Shown here piece by piece: positions 41,005 to 51,600 of a DNA stretch of 64,000 nucleotides; position 1 is the first letter of the stretch, and each line of letters starts with the position of its first letter. This DNA is from Clostridia bacterium. Its GTDB lineage: Bacteria > Bacillota > Clostridia > Christensenellales > CAG-1252. The position numbers and the translations under genes are program-made. The DNA is taken from positions 2,322-66,321 of the forward strand of contig JAFPXC010000001.1 in the NCBI GenBank assembly GCA_017394805.1, in the 5' to 3' direction. The notes beneath the pieces are model-generated. The model made no database searches. It was not told the DNA's origin and saw nothing but the letters and a program-made list of their open reading frames with translations.

Positions 41005-42147
41005 ATGGCTGAACATGTAAAAAAGAAAAAGAAACATGTGGTGCTTATTGTAGTCTTGGTGATTGTAGCAGTCATTATTGCAGTAGGCGTCGTCGCGACC
41101 GTCCTTCTGAAAAAAACGATCTTTATGAGTTACCCGGAATTGAATGGAACGCCGGAGGTCGGTCAATGGTATCAGGTGACGCCCGAAGGGACCATCTCGT
41201 CCAACGGAACCGAATGGCACGGTATTTTCAGAAAGGGTACGGAAAACAAAGTCGTCGTCTATTTCTTCGGCGGCGGGGTAAGCATCACCCCCGAAACCTC
41301 TGAGCAGGGGAAAACGTTTTTTGCGGTCGATATGACGGCGCAGAACTTTGTTGCGCAGGGCGGGATCGGAAGCACTGCGGAAGACAACCCATTCAAAGAT
41401 TGGTCGTTTATCGTCATTCCGTATGCTTCCGGGGATTTCCACACGGGAACGGGTGAATACCGTTACACGTCCGACGGAAAGGAAAAGACCGTTTATCACC
41501 ACGGTTATACCAACTATGCCGCAATGGTGGAAACCGTCAAACCGTATATCGGAGAACCGGACGCCTTGCTTGTAACGGGTTTTTCTGCGGGCGGTTTTGC
41601 AACGTCGCTGCTTGCGGACGACGTGATCGACCGTTTCCCCTCGGCAAATAACGTTACGGTCTGCGTGGACAGTTCGCTTCTTCTGTACGACGGTTGGCAT
41701 GAAACCGCACGGGACCTTTGGAAGTCGCCGGCGGAAATTACGGAACGGCTCACAACGAACAACATCGTTCTCGACAGTCTGACAGCCCTTTCCAACAAGC
41801 GCGGCGACAGCGTGAAAATTCTGTTTGATTGCTCGTACAGAGACGATACCTTACAACAATATCAAGGGTATATCAACAACGGGAAAATGGAAAAGAACAA
41901 GGCAAACGGCGATCGGTTCCAAGCGGATCTGAAAGAAATGGTCGCCGGACTGAAAACAAACATTCCGAACGCCGGTATTTATATATGGGACTATAAAGCA
42001 GACGTGGAAACCAAAAACACGCAGCACACCATTATTTCAAGCGATTTCCTTGTGGAACTGGAAAGCGGGAAAAGCATTGCCGATTGGCTAAACGACGCGA
42101 TCAACGGAACGGTTCGGTCTTATGGGTTGGATTTGTTGGATAAATAA
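41005..42147 (+). CDS. Membrane-anchored alpha/beta hydrolase (pectin-acetylesterase-like)
   Basis: Start moved to ATG 41005 (AAGGAGA RBS). N-terminal TM helix, VVYFFGGGVS and LVTGFSAGGFA (GxSxG nucleophile elbow). Confidence 0.7.
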   Translation: MAEHVKKKKKHVVLIVVLVIVAVIIAVGVVATVLLKKTIFMSYPELNGTPEVGQWYQVTPEGTISSNGTEWHGIFRKGTENKVVVYFFGGGVSITPETSEQGKTFFAVDMTAQNFVAQGGIGSTAEDNPFKDWSFIVIPYASGDFHTGTGEYRYTSDGKEKTVYHHGYTNYAAMVETVKPYIGEPDALLVTGFSAGGFATSLLADDVIDRFPSANNVTVCVDSSLLLYDGWHETARDLWKSPAEITERLTTNNIVLDSLTALSNKRGDSVKILFDCSYRDDTLQQYQGYINNGKMEKNKANGDRFQADLKEMVAGLKTNIPNAGIYIWDYKADVETKNTQHTIISSDFLVELESGKSIADWLNDAINGTVRSYGLDLLDK

Positions 42148-42165
42148 TATTCGGAGACAAGCATA

Positions 42166-43197
42166 ATGGAAACAAAGAAAAACCATAAAGGACTTATAAT
42201 CGCAGGCTCCATTATCGGATCGTTTCTGCTCTTACTGTTTGTTTTATTTTTCGTACTTACAACGCATACGCAGATCGTGGTCGGGCTGATCCAGAAAGCA
42301 ACTTACGGCGACAAATCGTTTAATTCTTACGAGCCGTATTATGAGCCGATCAACGGGTTAAAGGAAAACGGACAATATCTGATCAGTGAGATCAAATACG
42401 ATACGGAATATCCAAACAGTTATCTCGATATTACCTATCCGGACGGTGATTTGGCCGCCGATCGCCCGACGCTAATCTATTTCCATGGCGGCGGTTTCTT
42501 TGCCGGGAGCAAAAACATGGGTGATCCGCTTGCCGCAAGCGAAGCGACGGCGCTCCTTGACGATATTTGCACGCAAGGATACAACATTGTCAACGTCGAT
42601 TATGCGCTTGTTCCCGCGGCGCATTTTCCCGTTCCGCTTATTCAGGCGAACAGGGCGTTTGCATATCTGCTTGCACATCAAGACGAGTACCATCTTGATA
42701 TGGACAATATAGTTATTATGGGTAGTTCTGCCGGCGCGATCATATCCAGCCAAATGGGAAGCATCGTTACAAATCCCGAATATGCGGACCTTCTCGGTAT
42801 AACGCCCACCCTAAAACCAGAACAAGTAAAAGCGGTCGTTCTCGACGACGCGCCGCTTGATTATAATCATTTTGATCTTGCGACGAAAATGCTTGTCGGC
42901 AATTATGTTAAAGGCAGTATATATCTGAACAAGGAAGAAATAAAAAAATATAACAATATCGGTAGTCTTACCGCAAACTATCCTGCCGCCGTACTTCTCG
43001 GCAGTGAGTACAGAAACGATATGAACGTCATGCACAAAGAGTTGGATAGCCTCGGTTGTGAGCATATTCTCGTCGATCCGTATGCGGAACACGGTGTTCA
43101 GAAACCGCATTGCTTTGTTGCGGAAGAACGGGTTGACGCAATTGCAAAAGACGCATTCGATAGAATGATGGATTTTATAAACAACAAAACGAAATAA
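42166..43197 (+). CDS. Alpha/beta hydrolase-fold esterase/lipase with N-terminal TM anchor
   Basis: IYFHGGGFFAGS (HGGG oxyanion motif) and IMGSSAGA (GxSxG). Confidence 0.85.
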   Translation: METKKNHKGLIIAGSIIGSFLLLLFVLFFVLTTHTQIVVGLIQKATYGDKSFNSYEPYYEPINGLKENGQYLISEIKYDTEYPNSYLDITYPDGDLAADRPTLIYFHGGGFFAGSKNMGDPLAASEATALLDDICTQGYNIVNVDYALVPAAHFPVPLIQANRAFAYLLAHQDEYHLDMDNIVIMGSSAGAIISSQMGSIVTNPEYADLLGITPTLKPEQVKAVVLDDAPLDYNHFDLATKMLVGNYVKGSIYLNKEEIKKYNNIGSLTANYPAAVLLGSEYRNDMNVMHKELDSLGCEHILVDPYAEHGVQKPHCFVAEERVDAIAKDAFDRMMDFINNKTK

Positions 43198-43203
43198 GTA
43201 GTT

Positions 43204-43238
43204 AGCCTACTACACCAAACGTTGTTTGGTCGTAGGCT
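43204..43238 (+). terminator. Long hairpin downstream of the esterase operon (probable terminator)
   Basis: The outer pair agcctac/gtaggct encloses the inner pair accaaac-gtt-gtttggt. A T5 run follows about 10 nt downstream. Confidence 0.45.
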
Positions 43239-43530
43239 CTGCGAGGCTTTTTGTCCACCGAACAAAGTCGAGATGACTATTTCTACGCACCTATTTCGCA
43301 CAACAAAAAACGGTGAATCGAAATCATGTACAACTTTGTCGGAGCCGTTGAAATCCCCGACTTCGACTGAAACAAACAAGAGAAAAGGTGGCATCACGCC
43401 ACGCCTGATTTTCAAAGGACAGCCTTACCGAAAATTCCCTAATGGAAGTGCGATTCTACGGACGACTTTTTGATTGTTTTCGTATTATTTTCACCGAACG
43501 ACGGAAGATACCGCCGCCGCTTGCCCCGCC

Positions 43531-43932
43531 TTACAGCGTGGCGCTTATCCCCGCCGCACGGAGGGCCGCCATTGCCTTTTCGTTGTCGTCCACGCGGAAG
43601 ACCATCATCGCCTTGCCTTCTTCGGAAGAGGTGAATGCGTAGGCGTATTCCACGTCGATATCGCCGCCCAACGCGGCCATGATCTTGGCCAAACTGCCCG
43701 CCTTGTCCTCGGTCTTGACGACCAGCACCTCGGTCACCTTGACGAGGTAGCCGTTGTCGGTGAGCGTCCGCACGGCCACGTCCACTTCGTCGGTAGCCAA
43801 ACGCAGTATGCCGTACTCCACGCTGTCCGCTATGCAGAGCGCCTTCAAGTTGACGTTGCGGGAGGCGAGCAACTCGGTCACCGCCGCCAATTTACCTTTT
43901 TCGTTCTCGATAAATACGGATATTTGTTTCAT
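43531..43932 (-). CDS. ACT-domain protein (tandem ACT)
   Basis: 133 aa with two ACT-like repeats (ISVFIENEKGKLAAVTELL; VVKTEDKAGSLAKIMAAL). This is the typical partner of phenylacetate-CoA ligase genes. Confidence 0.8.
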   Translation of the reverse strand: MKQISVFIENEKGKLAAVTELLASRNVNLKALCIADSVEYGILRLATDEVDVAVRTLTDNGYLVKVTEVLVVKTEDKAGSLAKIMAALGGDIDVEYAYAFTSSEEGKAMMVFRVDDNEKAMAALRAAGISATL

Positions 43933-43947
43933 ACGATTCTCCTTGCC

Positions 43948-45258
43948 TTAGTCGTGCAACTTGCGTTTGTCCACCACGCGCACCGCTTTCCCCTCGCTGC
44001 GTTCGATGGTTTTGGGCGCCACCAAATGCACCTTGGGGTTGATGCCGAGCATGGTTTTCATCGCCGAAGCGAGTTCTTTCTCCTTGGACGCCACTACCTT
44101 GATCGTGTCGTCGAATTGCTCGGGATCCATCTCGACGTACACGTCGAACGTGTCGGTATTGTTCACCCTATCCAATTCGATGCGGTAGTTGGGCGTATAG
44201 CCTTGCTCCAGCAATACGGTTTCGATTTGGGAGGGGAAGACGTTGACGCCCCGTATAATGAGCATATCGTCGCTTCTGCCCATGGGCTTGCACATCTTGA
44301 TAAAGGTACGCCCGCACCCGCACTTGCACCGATTGAGGACGCAAATATCCCGCGTGCGGTAGCGCAAGAGGGGAAACGCCTTTTTGTCCAACGACGTAAA
44401 CACGAGTTCGCCTTTCGAGCCCTCGGGCAGCGGCTCCAAGGTGTTGGGGTCGATGATTTCGGCGTAGAAGTGGTCCTCGTTGATATGCATACCCGATTGC
44501 TCGCTGCACTCGAAGGCCACCCCCGGGCCGCTCGTCTCGGTCAGACCGTAGATATCGTAGGCCTTCAGCCCCAACGACTTCTCGATATCCCTGCGCATCT
44601 CTTCCGTCCAAGGCTCCGCGCCGAAGATACCCGCTTTCAGTTGGATATCGTCGGGCGTCAATCCCATTTCTTTGAGCGTTTCGCCGATATAAGCCGCGTA
44701 GGAGGGCGTACAGCAGAGGATGGTCGCGCCGAGGTCGCGCATAAAGGTGATTTGCCGCTCGGTATTGCCGCTCGACATGGGCAAGGTCAAACACCCTACC
44801 TTGTGTGAGCCGCCGTTCAACCCCGCGCCGCCCGTAAAGAGGCCGAAGCCGTAGGCGATTTGGCACACGTCGTCCTTGGAGCCGCCCGCCGCCACGATGG
44901 CACGGGCCACGCAGTCGTCCCACAGGTCGATATCTTCCTGCGTGTAAAAGGCCACCACGCGCTTGCCCGTCGTGCCGCTCGTGGAATGGATGCGCACGCA
45001 CTCGGACAAAGGTACCGCCAACAAGCCGTACGGATAGGCGTCGCGAAGGTCGGCCTTGCTGAGGAAGGGCAACTTGCTGATGTCGTCTATCGACCGTATA
45101 TCCTCGGGCTTCACGCCCTTTGCGTCCATCAAATCGCGATAGTACTTCACGTTGGCGTAAACGTGCGCCACTTGCTTGACGATTTTGGCGTTCTGTATCG
45201 CCCGTATCTCCTCGAGGGGCGCCGTTTCTATTTCCTTTTGATAATAATCGTTACTCAT
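43948..45258 (-). CDS. paaK: Phenylacetate-CoA ligase (PaaK / F390-synthetase family)
   Basis: IHSTSGTTGKRVV (AMP-binding P-loop), YGLTE and overall family colinearity. 436 aa. Confidence 0.9.
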   Translation of the reverse strand: MSNDYYQKEIETAPLEEIRAIQNAKIVKQVAHVYANVKYYRDLMDAKGVKPEDIRSIDDISKLPFLSKADLRDAYPYGLLAVPLSECVRIHSTSGTTGKRVVAFYTQEDIDLWDDCVARAIVAAGGSKDDVCQIAYGFGLFTGGAGLNGGSHKVGCLTLPMSSGNTERQITFMRDLGATILCCTPSYAAYIGETLKEMGLTPDDIQLKAGIFGAEPWTEEMRRDIEKSLGLKAYDIYGLTETSGPGVAFECSEQSGMHINEDHFYAEIIDPNTLEPLPEGSKGELVFTSLDKKAFPLLRYRTRDICVLNRCKCGCGRTFIKMCKPMGRSDDMLIIRGVNVFPSQIETVLLEQGYTPNYRIELDRVNNTDTFDVYVEMDPEQFDDTIKVVASKEKELASAMKTMLGINPKVHLVAPKTIERSEGKAVRVVDKRKLHD

Positions 45259-45622
45259 AAGTTTTACCCGAACTTTTCGTATATTTCCGTCCTTCGACGG
45301 CTCTATTTCAATTTTATCATATCGTTTTTCCCCGTGTCAAACCGTAGAAGAGAGCAAATCAATTATATTTGGCGGTTTTCCGCCTCGAAATCGCCCGATA
45401 AACCCCACGCGCGCAAGCGGCAAACCGCCGCGACGTCGAGGACGCCAAAGGGCGCAAAGACAAAGTAGCCGAACGGCCACCCCATATTATACGGCGTATT
45501 GAATTGACATTTTGGATAAAATGATAGTACGATATAGAATATATAAATAAAGAAGCCGTGGGCGAGCGCGCCCGTGCAAGCGGCTTCGCATCAATCGAAA
45601 TCCTCGAAAGGAGAATTGCAAA

Positions 45623-48600
45623 ATGAACCGAACTATGAGAATGACCGAAGTGACGTATTTGGTCTTGGCTGCCGTGGTCGTGCTGGCCGTGGTAGGCTTG
45701 GCCGTCTTCGGCGCTATGGCAGTCAAAGCCACGGCGTCGGCCGAGCCCGAACACGTACATAGCTTCACTTACGAAGTCGTCAACAAGAACGGGTTGGATT
45801 ATATCTACGCGACTTGTTCGGGCGACGATTGCCCGTTGCCGAACCATCAAGCCGGTGCGATGCTGAGCAGCAAAACTGTCATCACCTACACGGGCAGTCC
45901 GGTCAATCCGTTGCAGTGGTACTACAACGCCGACTTTTTGGACAAGACCGGCATCGATGTCACGACCTTCGACCCCGTCTATACGGGCACGTCGAACGGC
46001 GGCGTGGCGTACGGCCCTTCCACGACCGCGCCGACCGACGCGGGCGACTACGTGGGCACGGTGACCGTGACCATCGACGGCAACGACTACGCGCTGTCGA
46101 GAGCCTTTACGGTCAATAAAACGGACGTGTCGCTGACGACGAATCCGACCTGTCCCACGTACAACGGCACCGAACAGCCGATCTTCACCGACCCGGTCGC
46201 CGGCTGCCAAGCGACTTTCACGTATATGTACAGGTCCAAAGTGGGCGACGCATGGGGCGCATGGACGGACGGATACATTGCGGGAATCCCCACCGAAACG
46301 AATTGTATTCCGTATCAGGTCCAGTTCAAGATCATACCGACGGGCGACGACGCCGGCAACTACAACGTAACTACTACCTATTCGTATAATGTCGGCGTCA
46401 AGCAGGCGTCGTATGGCGTTTACAATGGCAGTGCCAGCGGCGACAACAAGCGGAATTTGCAGTTCTATTTGGACGGCGTGTCCACGACCGTTGCGCCTTT
46501 GGACAGCGGCAGCAACTGGAACAGATATTATCCCGCCGGCTTCGCGTACGACGGCAACGCGCACACGTTCGAAGCGAAAATCACGGGCGTGGGCGACGAA
46601 GTGATCACGGTAATATCCATTACGAGAACCGATGCGGGAAGAAACGCGTCTACGATTGTAGCCGGGAATTATGCCGCAGAAGGAAGCGACTATCAAAACT
46701 ATTATTTGTCGCAAGGCGTCAACAGTTCGTTCGGCATCAATATACTCAAAGCCGACTACGATATGTCGGGTGTGGTGTACGACACCGAAAAAGAGTACAA
46801 CGGCGAAATGCAATTCCTGACCGTCGGCAATCTACCCGTTGGCTTGGACGGCGTAGCCGTGACCGCCTCTTGCTCGGGCAATCCCGCGACCTATCCTTCG
46901 AACGGGGAGCAGCTGTGGACGGTGACCTTCGCCACCACCAGCACCAACTATAACGTGCCCGCCGCCGTCAACAAGAACTTCTCCATCGTCAAAAAGAACG
47001 TGACGGTCTCCGTCGGCGACGTGGGGTACTACGACGGCACCGCCAAACTGCCCCTCGTCACCTTTACGGGTACCGAGGAGGGAGAGGAAGCCGCTGTCGC
47101 GCTCGTTGACAATACGCAGGACAACGTCAACGCGGGCACTTTCGACGTGACCATCGAGGTGGACGACGACCTCTACACCTTGGTAGCGGGCGAAGGCTAC
47201 ACCGTCACGGCGGGCGTGGGCGCGGCCACCGTCACCATTGCCAAGCGCCCCATCGAAGTCACCCTCACGGGCGCGACCTCGGTCTACGGCGAGGCCATCG
47301 CCGTGCCGGCGGTCGAGGTGACGTCCGCTGTGGACGTCGTCGAGGGCGACAACCCTTGGGCGACCACCGCAGCCTACGAGGCGCTCACCGCCACCACTAC
47401 GGTAGGGGCGGGCAGCGTGGCAGTTCTCCAATCGAGCGACGACAATTATCAAATCACGTTCGTGGGCAATACCTACGCCATTACGCCCAAACCCATCACC
47501 GTCACGGCGGACGACAAGTCCTCTCCCTACGGCGATGCCACCGTGGCCTTGACGGCTACCTTGTCTGCGGCGTTGGTGGGTGCCGACCAAGAGGCCGACC
47601 TCTTCTACCTTACCAAAGAAGCGGGTACGGACGCGGGCGATTATACCATCGCGGTCGTCCCCTCTAATAACCTCAACTACGATCTTACCGCCGAGGACGG
47701 CGTTTACACCATCGTACCTCGCGCCATCACCGTCACCATCGAGGACAAGACCTCGACCTACGGCGACAACCGCGTGCCCCTGACGGCCGGCGTCACCGAG
47801 GGCACTCTCGCGGTGGGTGACGCAGCGCCCTATACGCTTTCTTGCGCCGCCACCGAGACCTATATCTACTTCAGCGACGCGCAGGGTTGGGGCTATCCCA
47901 TATACGCCTACGCCTGGTCGGACGATCCCGCCGTGGGCAGCAACGCCGCTTGGCCCGGCATGGAATGCACCTGGCTCGAAAAGAACGAGTATTTCGAGGA
48001 CGTCTACTATTACGACCTCGGCGACAAAGGTTACACCAAGATCATCTTCTCGTCCAACGGCAGACAAACGCAGGACGTCGTGCTGTCCGCCGCCTACAAC
48101 GCCTACTACAGCACCAACGTGGCGGACGGCCTCGGGCATTACGCGGCCGAGGGCTACCTGCACGCCTTTACCAAAGCGGCATCGAACGCGGGCGAGTACG
48201 CCATCGAGGGTACCGCCACCGACGACAACTACGCCGTGACCTTCGTCACGGGCACCTACGTGGTAGCGCCCCGCCAAGTGACCGTGTCGGGCATCGAGGT
48301 TACCGGTCGTGCCTACGACGGCACCGCCGAGGCCACTTTGGACTACACCTCGCTCCAAATCGAGGGCGTTCTCAAGGGCGACGAACTCACCGTCACCGCC
48401 ACGGGTACTTTCGACAGCAAGAACGTGGGCGTAGACAAGACCGTGTCCATCACGGATTACGTCTTCGGCGGCACGTCGGCCGCCAACTATGCCGTGAAGA
48501 ACGACAGCCAAACCCTCGCCACCGCCACCATCACGGCGTTGGAAATCGTGGTTGCGGGCATCGAGGCCGAGGATAAGACCTACGACGGCACCACCGCCGC

Positions 48601-51600
48601 CACCCTCGATTATACGGGCGTGACCTTGGACGGCGGGCTCGACGGGGACGACCTCGCGGTCACCGCCACGGGCACCTTCAACAGCAAGAACGTGGGCGAG
48701 GACAAGGCCGTAGCCATCTCCGGCCTCACCCTCGTGGGTGCGGACGCGGTCAACTACTATCTGGCCGCCGAGGGGCAACAGACCGCTTCCGTGGCCACCA
48801 TCGCCCAACAGGCCATCGTGGTGTCGGGCGTCCAAGACGCTTCCACGCGGTATCCCTATTTCAAAAAGTCCTACGACGGCACGACCAACGTCGAAAGCCT
48901 GTATTTCGTTACGAGCGACGCCGTACTTGACGGCAAAGCGGACGGCGACGATTTGACCGTTACGGTCACGGGCACGTTAGAAGACAAATACCCCGGCGAA
49001 AACAAGACCGCGGCCATTTTGTTGCAATTGAGTGGCGCCGACGTAGCCAACTACTACCTTGCCGCCGAGGGACAGCAGACCACGGTCACCGGCCTTATCG
49101 TCAACAAAAAGACGCTCATTCCGAGTGTGAGCGGCTTGACTGCCGAGGGCGCAAGGAAAGTATATAACGGTTCGATTTATCAGACGTTTGCGGGGTCCGA
49201 TTTCACGGGGATAGGCTGGTTCAGCGGCAGTGCACCCGTCGCGGGCGACGACGTCTATATCGAGAGCGTCACCGCCAAGGTCGGCAAGAACGTCGGCTCT
49301 CATCAAATCGTGGTCAATACTTCCGAGAACCCCGGTTGTATCGTATTGGGCGGCGCGGACAAGGATTATTACAACATTGCCACCCGCAATACGCAATACG
49401 GCAGTTTCTACGTCATCTATGCGACCGTCGTCGCCAGAAACTTGATCGTGACGGGGCTTACCGCGGGGGATAAGAACTACGACGGTACGATATATGCGCA
49501 AATCAATATTTCGGGCGCCGCGCTCACGGGCGTCATCGAGGGGGACGACGTCAGCCTCGTAAACGGCGGCACGTCGGGCACTTTCGCGGATGCTTCTGCG
49601 GGCGAAGACAAATTGGTCACCGTTTCGGGCTTCACCCTCGAGGGCGAGGCTGCCGGCAACTACGTCATCGCCTCGTGCCGAGCCACCGCGACCATCCACC
49701 CCAAGCAAGTGACGGTTGCGGGCATCGAGGCTGCGGATAAGACCTACGACGGCACCACCGCCGCCACCCTTAGTTACGAGGGCGTCACCCTGACGGGCAA
49801 AGTAGGCGAGGACGAACTCACCGTCACCGCCACGGGCACCTTCGCGGACAAGAACGCCGCCGAGGGCAAGACGGTCACCATTTCGGACATCACCTTCGGC
49901 GGTGCTGCGGCCTCTAACTATGTCGTCAAGTCCAACAGTCAGACCTCTGCAACCGCCACCATCAACCAAAGAGAAGTTGAGATCGAGTGGGGCAACGACG
50001 CGTTGACTTACAACGGCGTGGCGCAACAACCCACGGCAACGGTTGCCAATGCGGTGGAAGGCGACGTCGTCACGATTACGGTCAGCGGTGCGCAAACCGA
50101 TTATAGCGCGGACGCCTATACCGCCACGGTGACCGCCGTGGACGACGCCAACTACAAGTTGCCCGCCTCCGTTACGCACGAATATACCATCGCGCAATTC
50201 GAGGTGGAACTCGTTTGGAATAACGACGCGTTGACCTACGACGGTACCGCGCAACAACCCATCGCCACCGTCGGCAACAAACCCGCCGAGGGCGAGGCCG
50301 TGACCGTGACCGTTGAGGGCGCGGCGACGGATTACAGCGCGGAAGCGTACGTCGCTACGGCGACCGCGTTGAGCAGCGACAACTACAAGTTGCCCGCTTC
50401 TGCCACGCACGCGTTCACCATTGCCCAATTCGAGGTGGAACTCGTTTGGGCGAACGACGCGTTGACCTACAACGCTTCGCAACAAAAACCCATCGCCACC
50501 GTCGGCAACAAACCCGCCAACGGCGAGGCCGTGACCGTGACCGTAGAGGGCGCGGCGACGAATTACAGCGCGGAAGCGTACGTCGCTACGGCGACCGCGT
50601 TGAGTAGCGACAACTACAAGTTGCCTGCCGACGTCACGCACGAGTTCACGATCGCGCGCAAGACGGTTGTCGTCACGTACAAAGAAACGGGGCCGATGAG
50701 TTTTACCTACGGCGATCAAGGCAGTTACAACGTCTCCAACGTCGGCGGAGCGTCGCAAAACTTGGTCAATAACGTCACGGCGACGGGGCAGTATTATTGC
50801 ACGCAACTCGATATGATTGCGGATATTCAAGCGCAAAACGTCGAAACGGGCGAGATAGTACCCGGCAACGGTTTCCGTTATTACACGCCCGTCGGCACCT
50901 ATCATTTCCTCGTTACGGCCAGGAATGTCGCGCTTGCCGACAACTACGAGATCGTCGGCGCCGTCAACGACGACGATCGCGCCATTATCACCATCAATCC
51001 CGCGACGATTACCAATATCTCCATCTCCGATATAGCCACACCCACGTATGACGGCAGCAATACCGCCGTCGCCACCGTCACGGCTACGGCTACCGTGCAA
51101 CGTCCGTTTGAAAACCAAGCCTCTCTGGCCTTCGTTTACAGCGCGACCGATAGCGGCGAATATACGGCGGCAATTCCGCAGTTCGTCACGGCGGGTGACT
51201 ACACGGTGTATTACAAGGTTTCGGCAGACAATCACAATACCGCTACCGGTACGTTTACGGTAACGGTCGCCAAGAGAACGGTCGAACTCGTCACGTATTT
51301 TAACGATGACGCTACGCAAACCGCTACTTCCTATATGGGTGCGGCGCAGACCTTCCACGCGATCGTGGCCAATCCGGCCAAAGCCGACGGCGTCAATGAC
51401 GACGACGTGACCGTCACGCTTTCACTGAATGGCGGTACCGCCGCAGGCGAATACGCGGTGACGTTGAGCATTGCCAACGACAACTATGCGTTCGACAACG
51501 GCGCGGCCGCCAAGGACGTGGTCTTCTCCATCGCCAAGGCCACCTACGCCGTGACCTTCGAAGACCTCACCGTCACCTACGACGGCACCGCGAAGTCCGT

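Noticed and set aside
40855-41700. N-terminal 282 aa of the 453-aa ORF 40339..41700
   Set aside because: Only the last 171 aa form a TetR protein with its own ATG and RBS. The extension runs antisense through the esterase gene.
43474-44808. 444-aa plus-strand ORF
   Set aside because: It is antisense to the ACT and phenylacetate-CoA ligase genes and has an H/R/G-rich composition.
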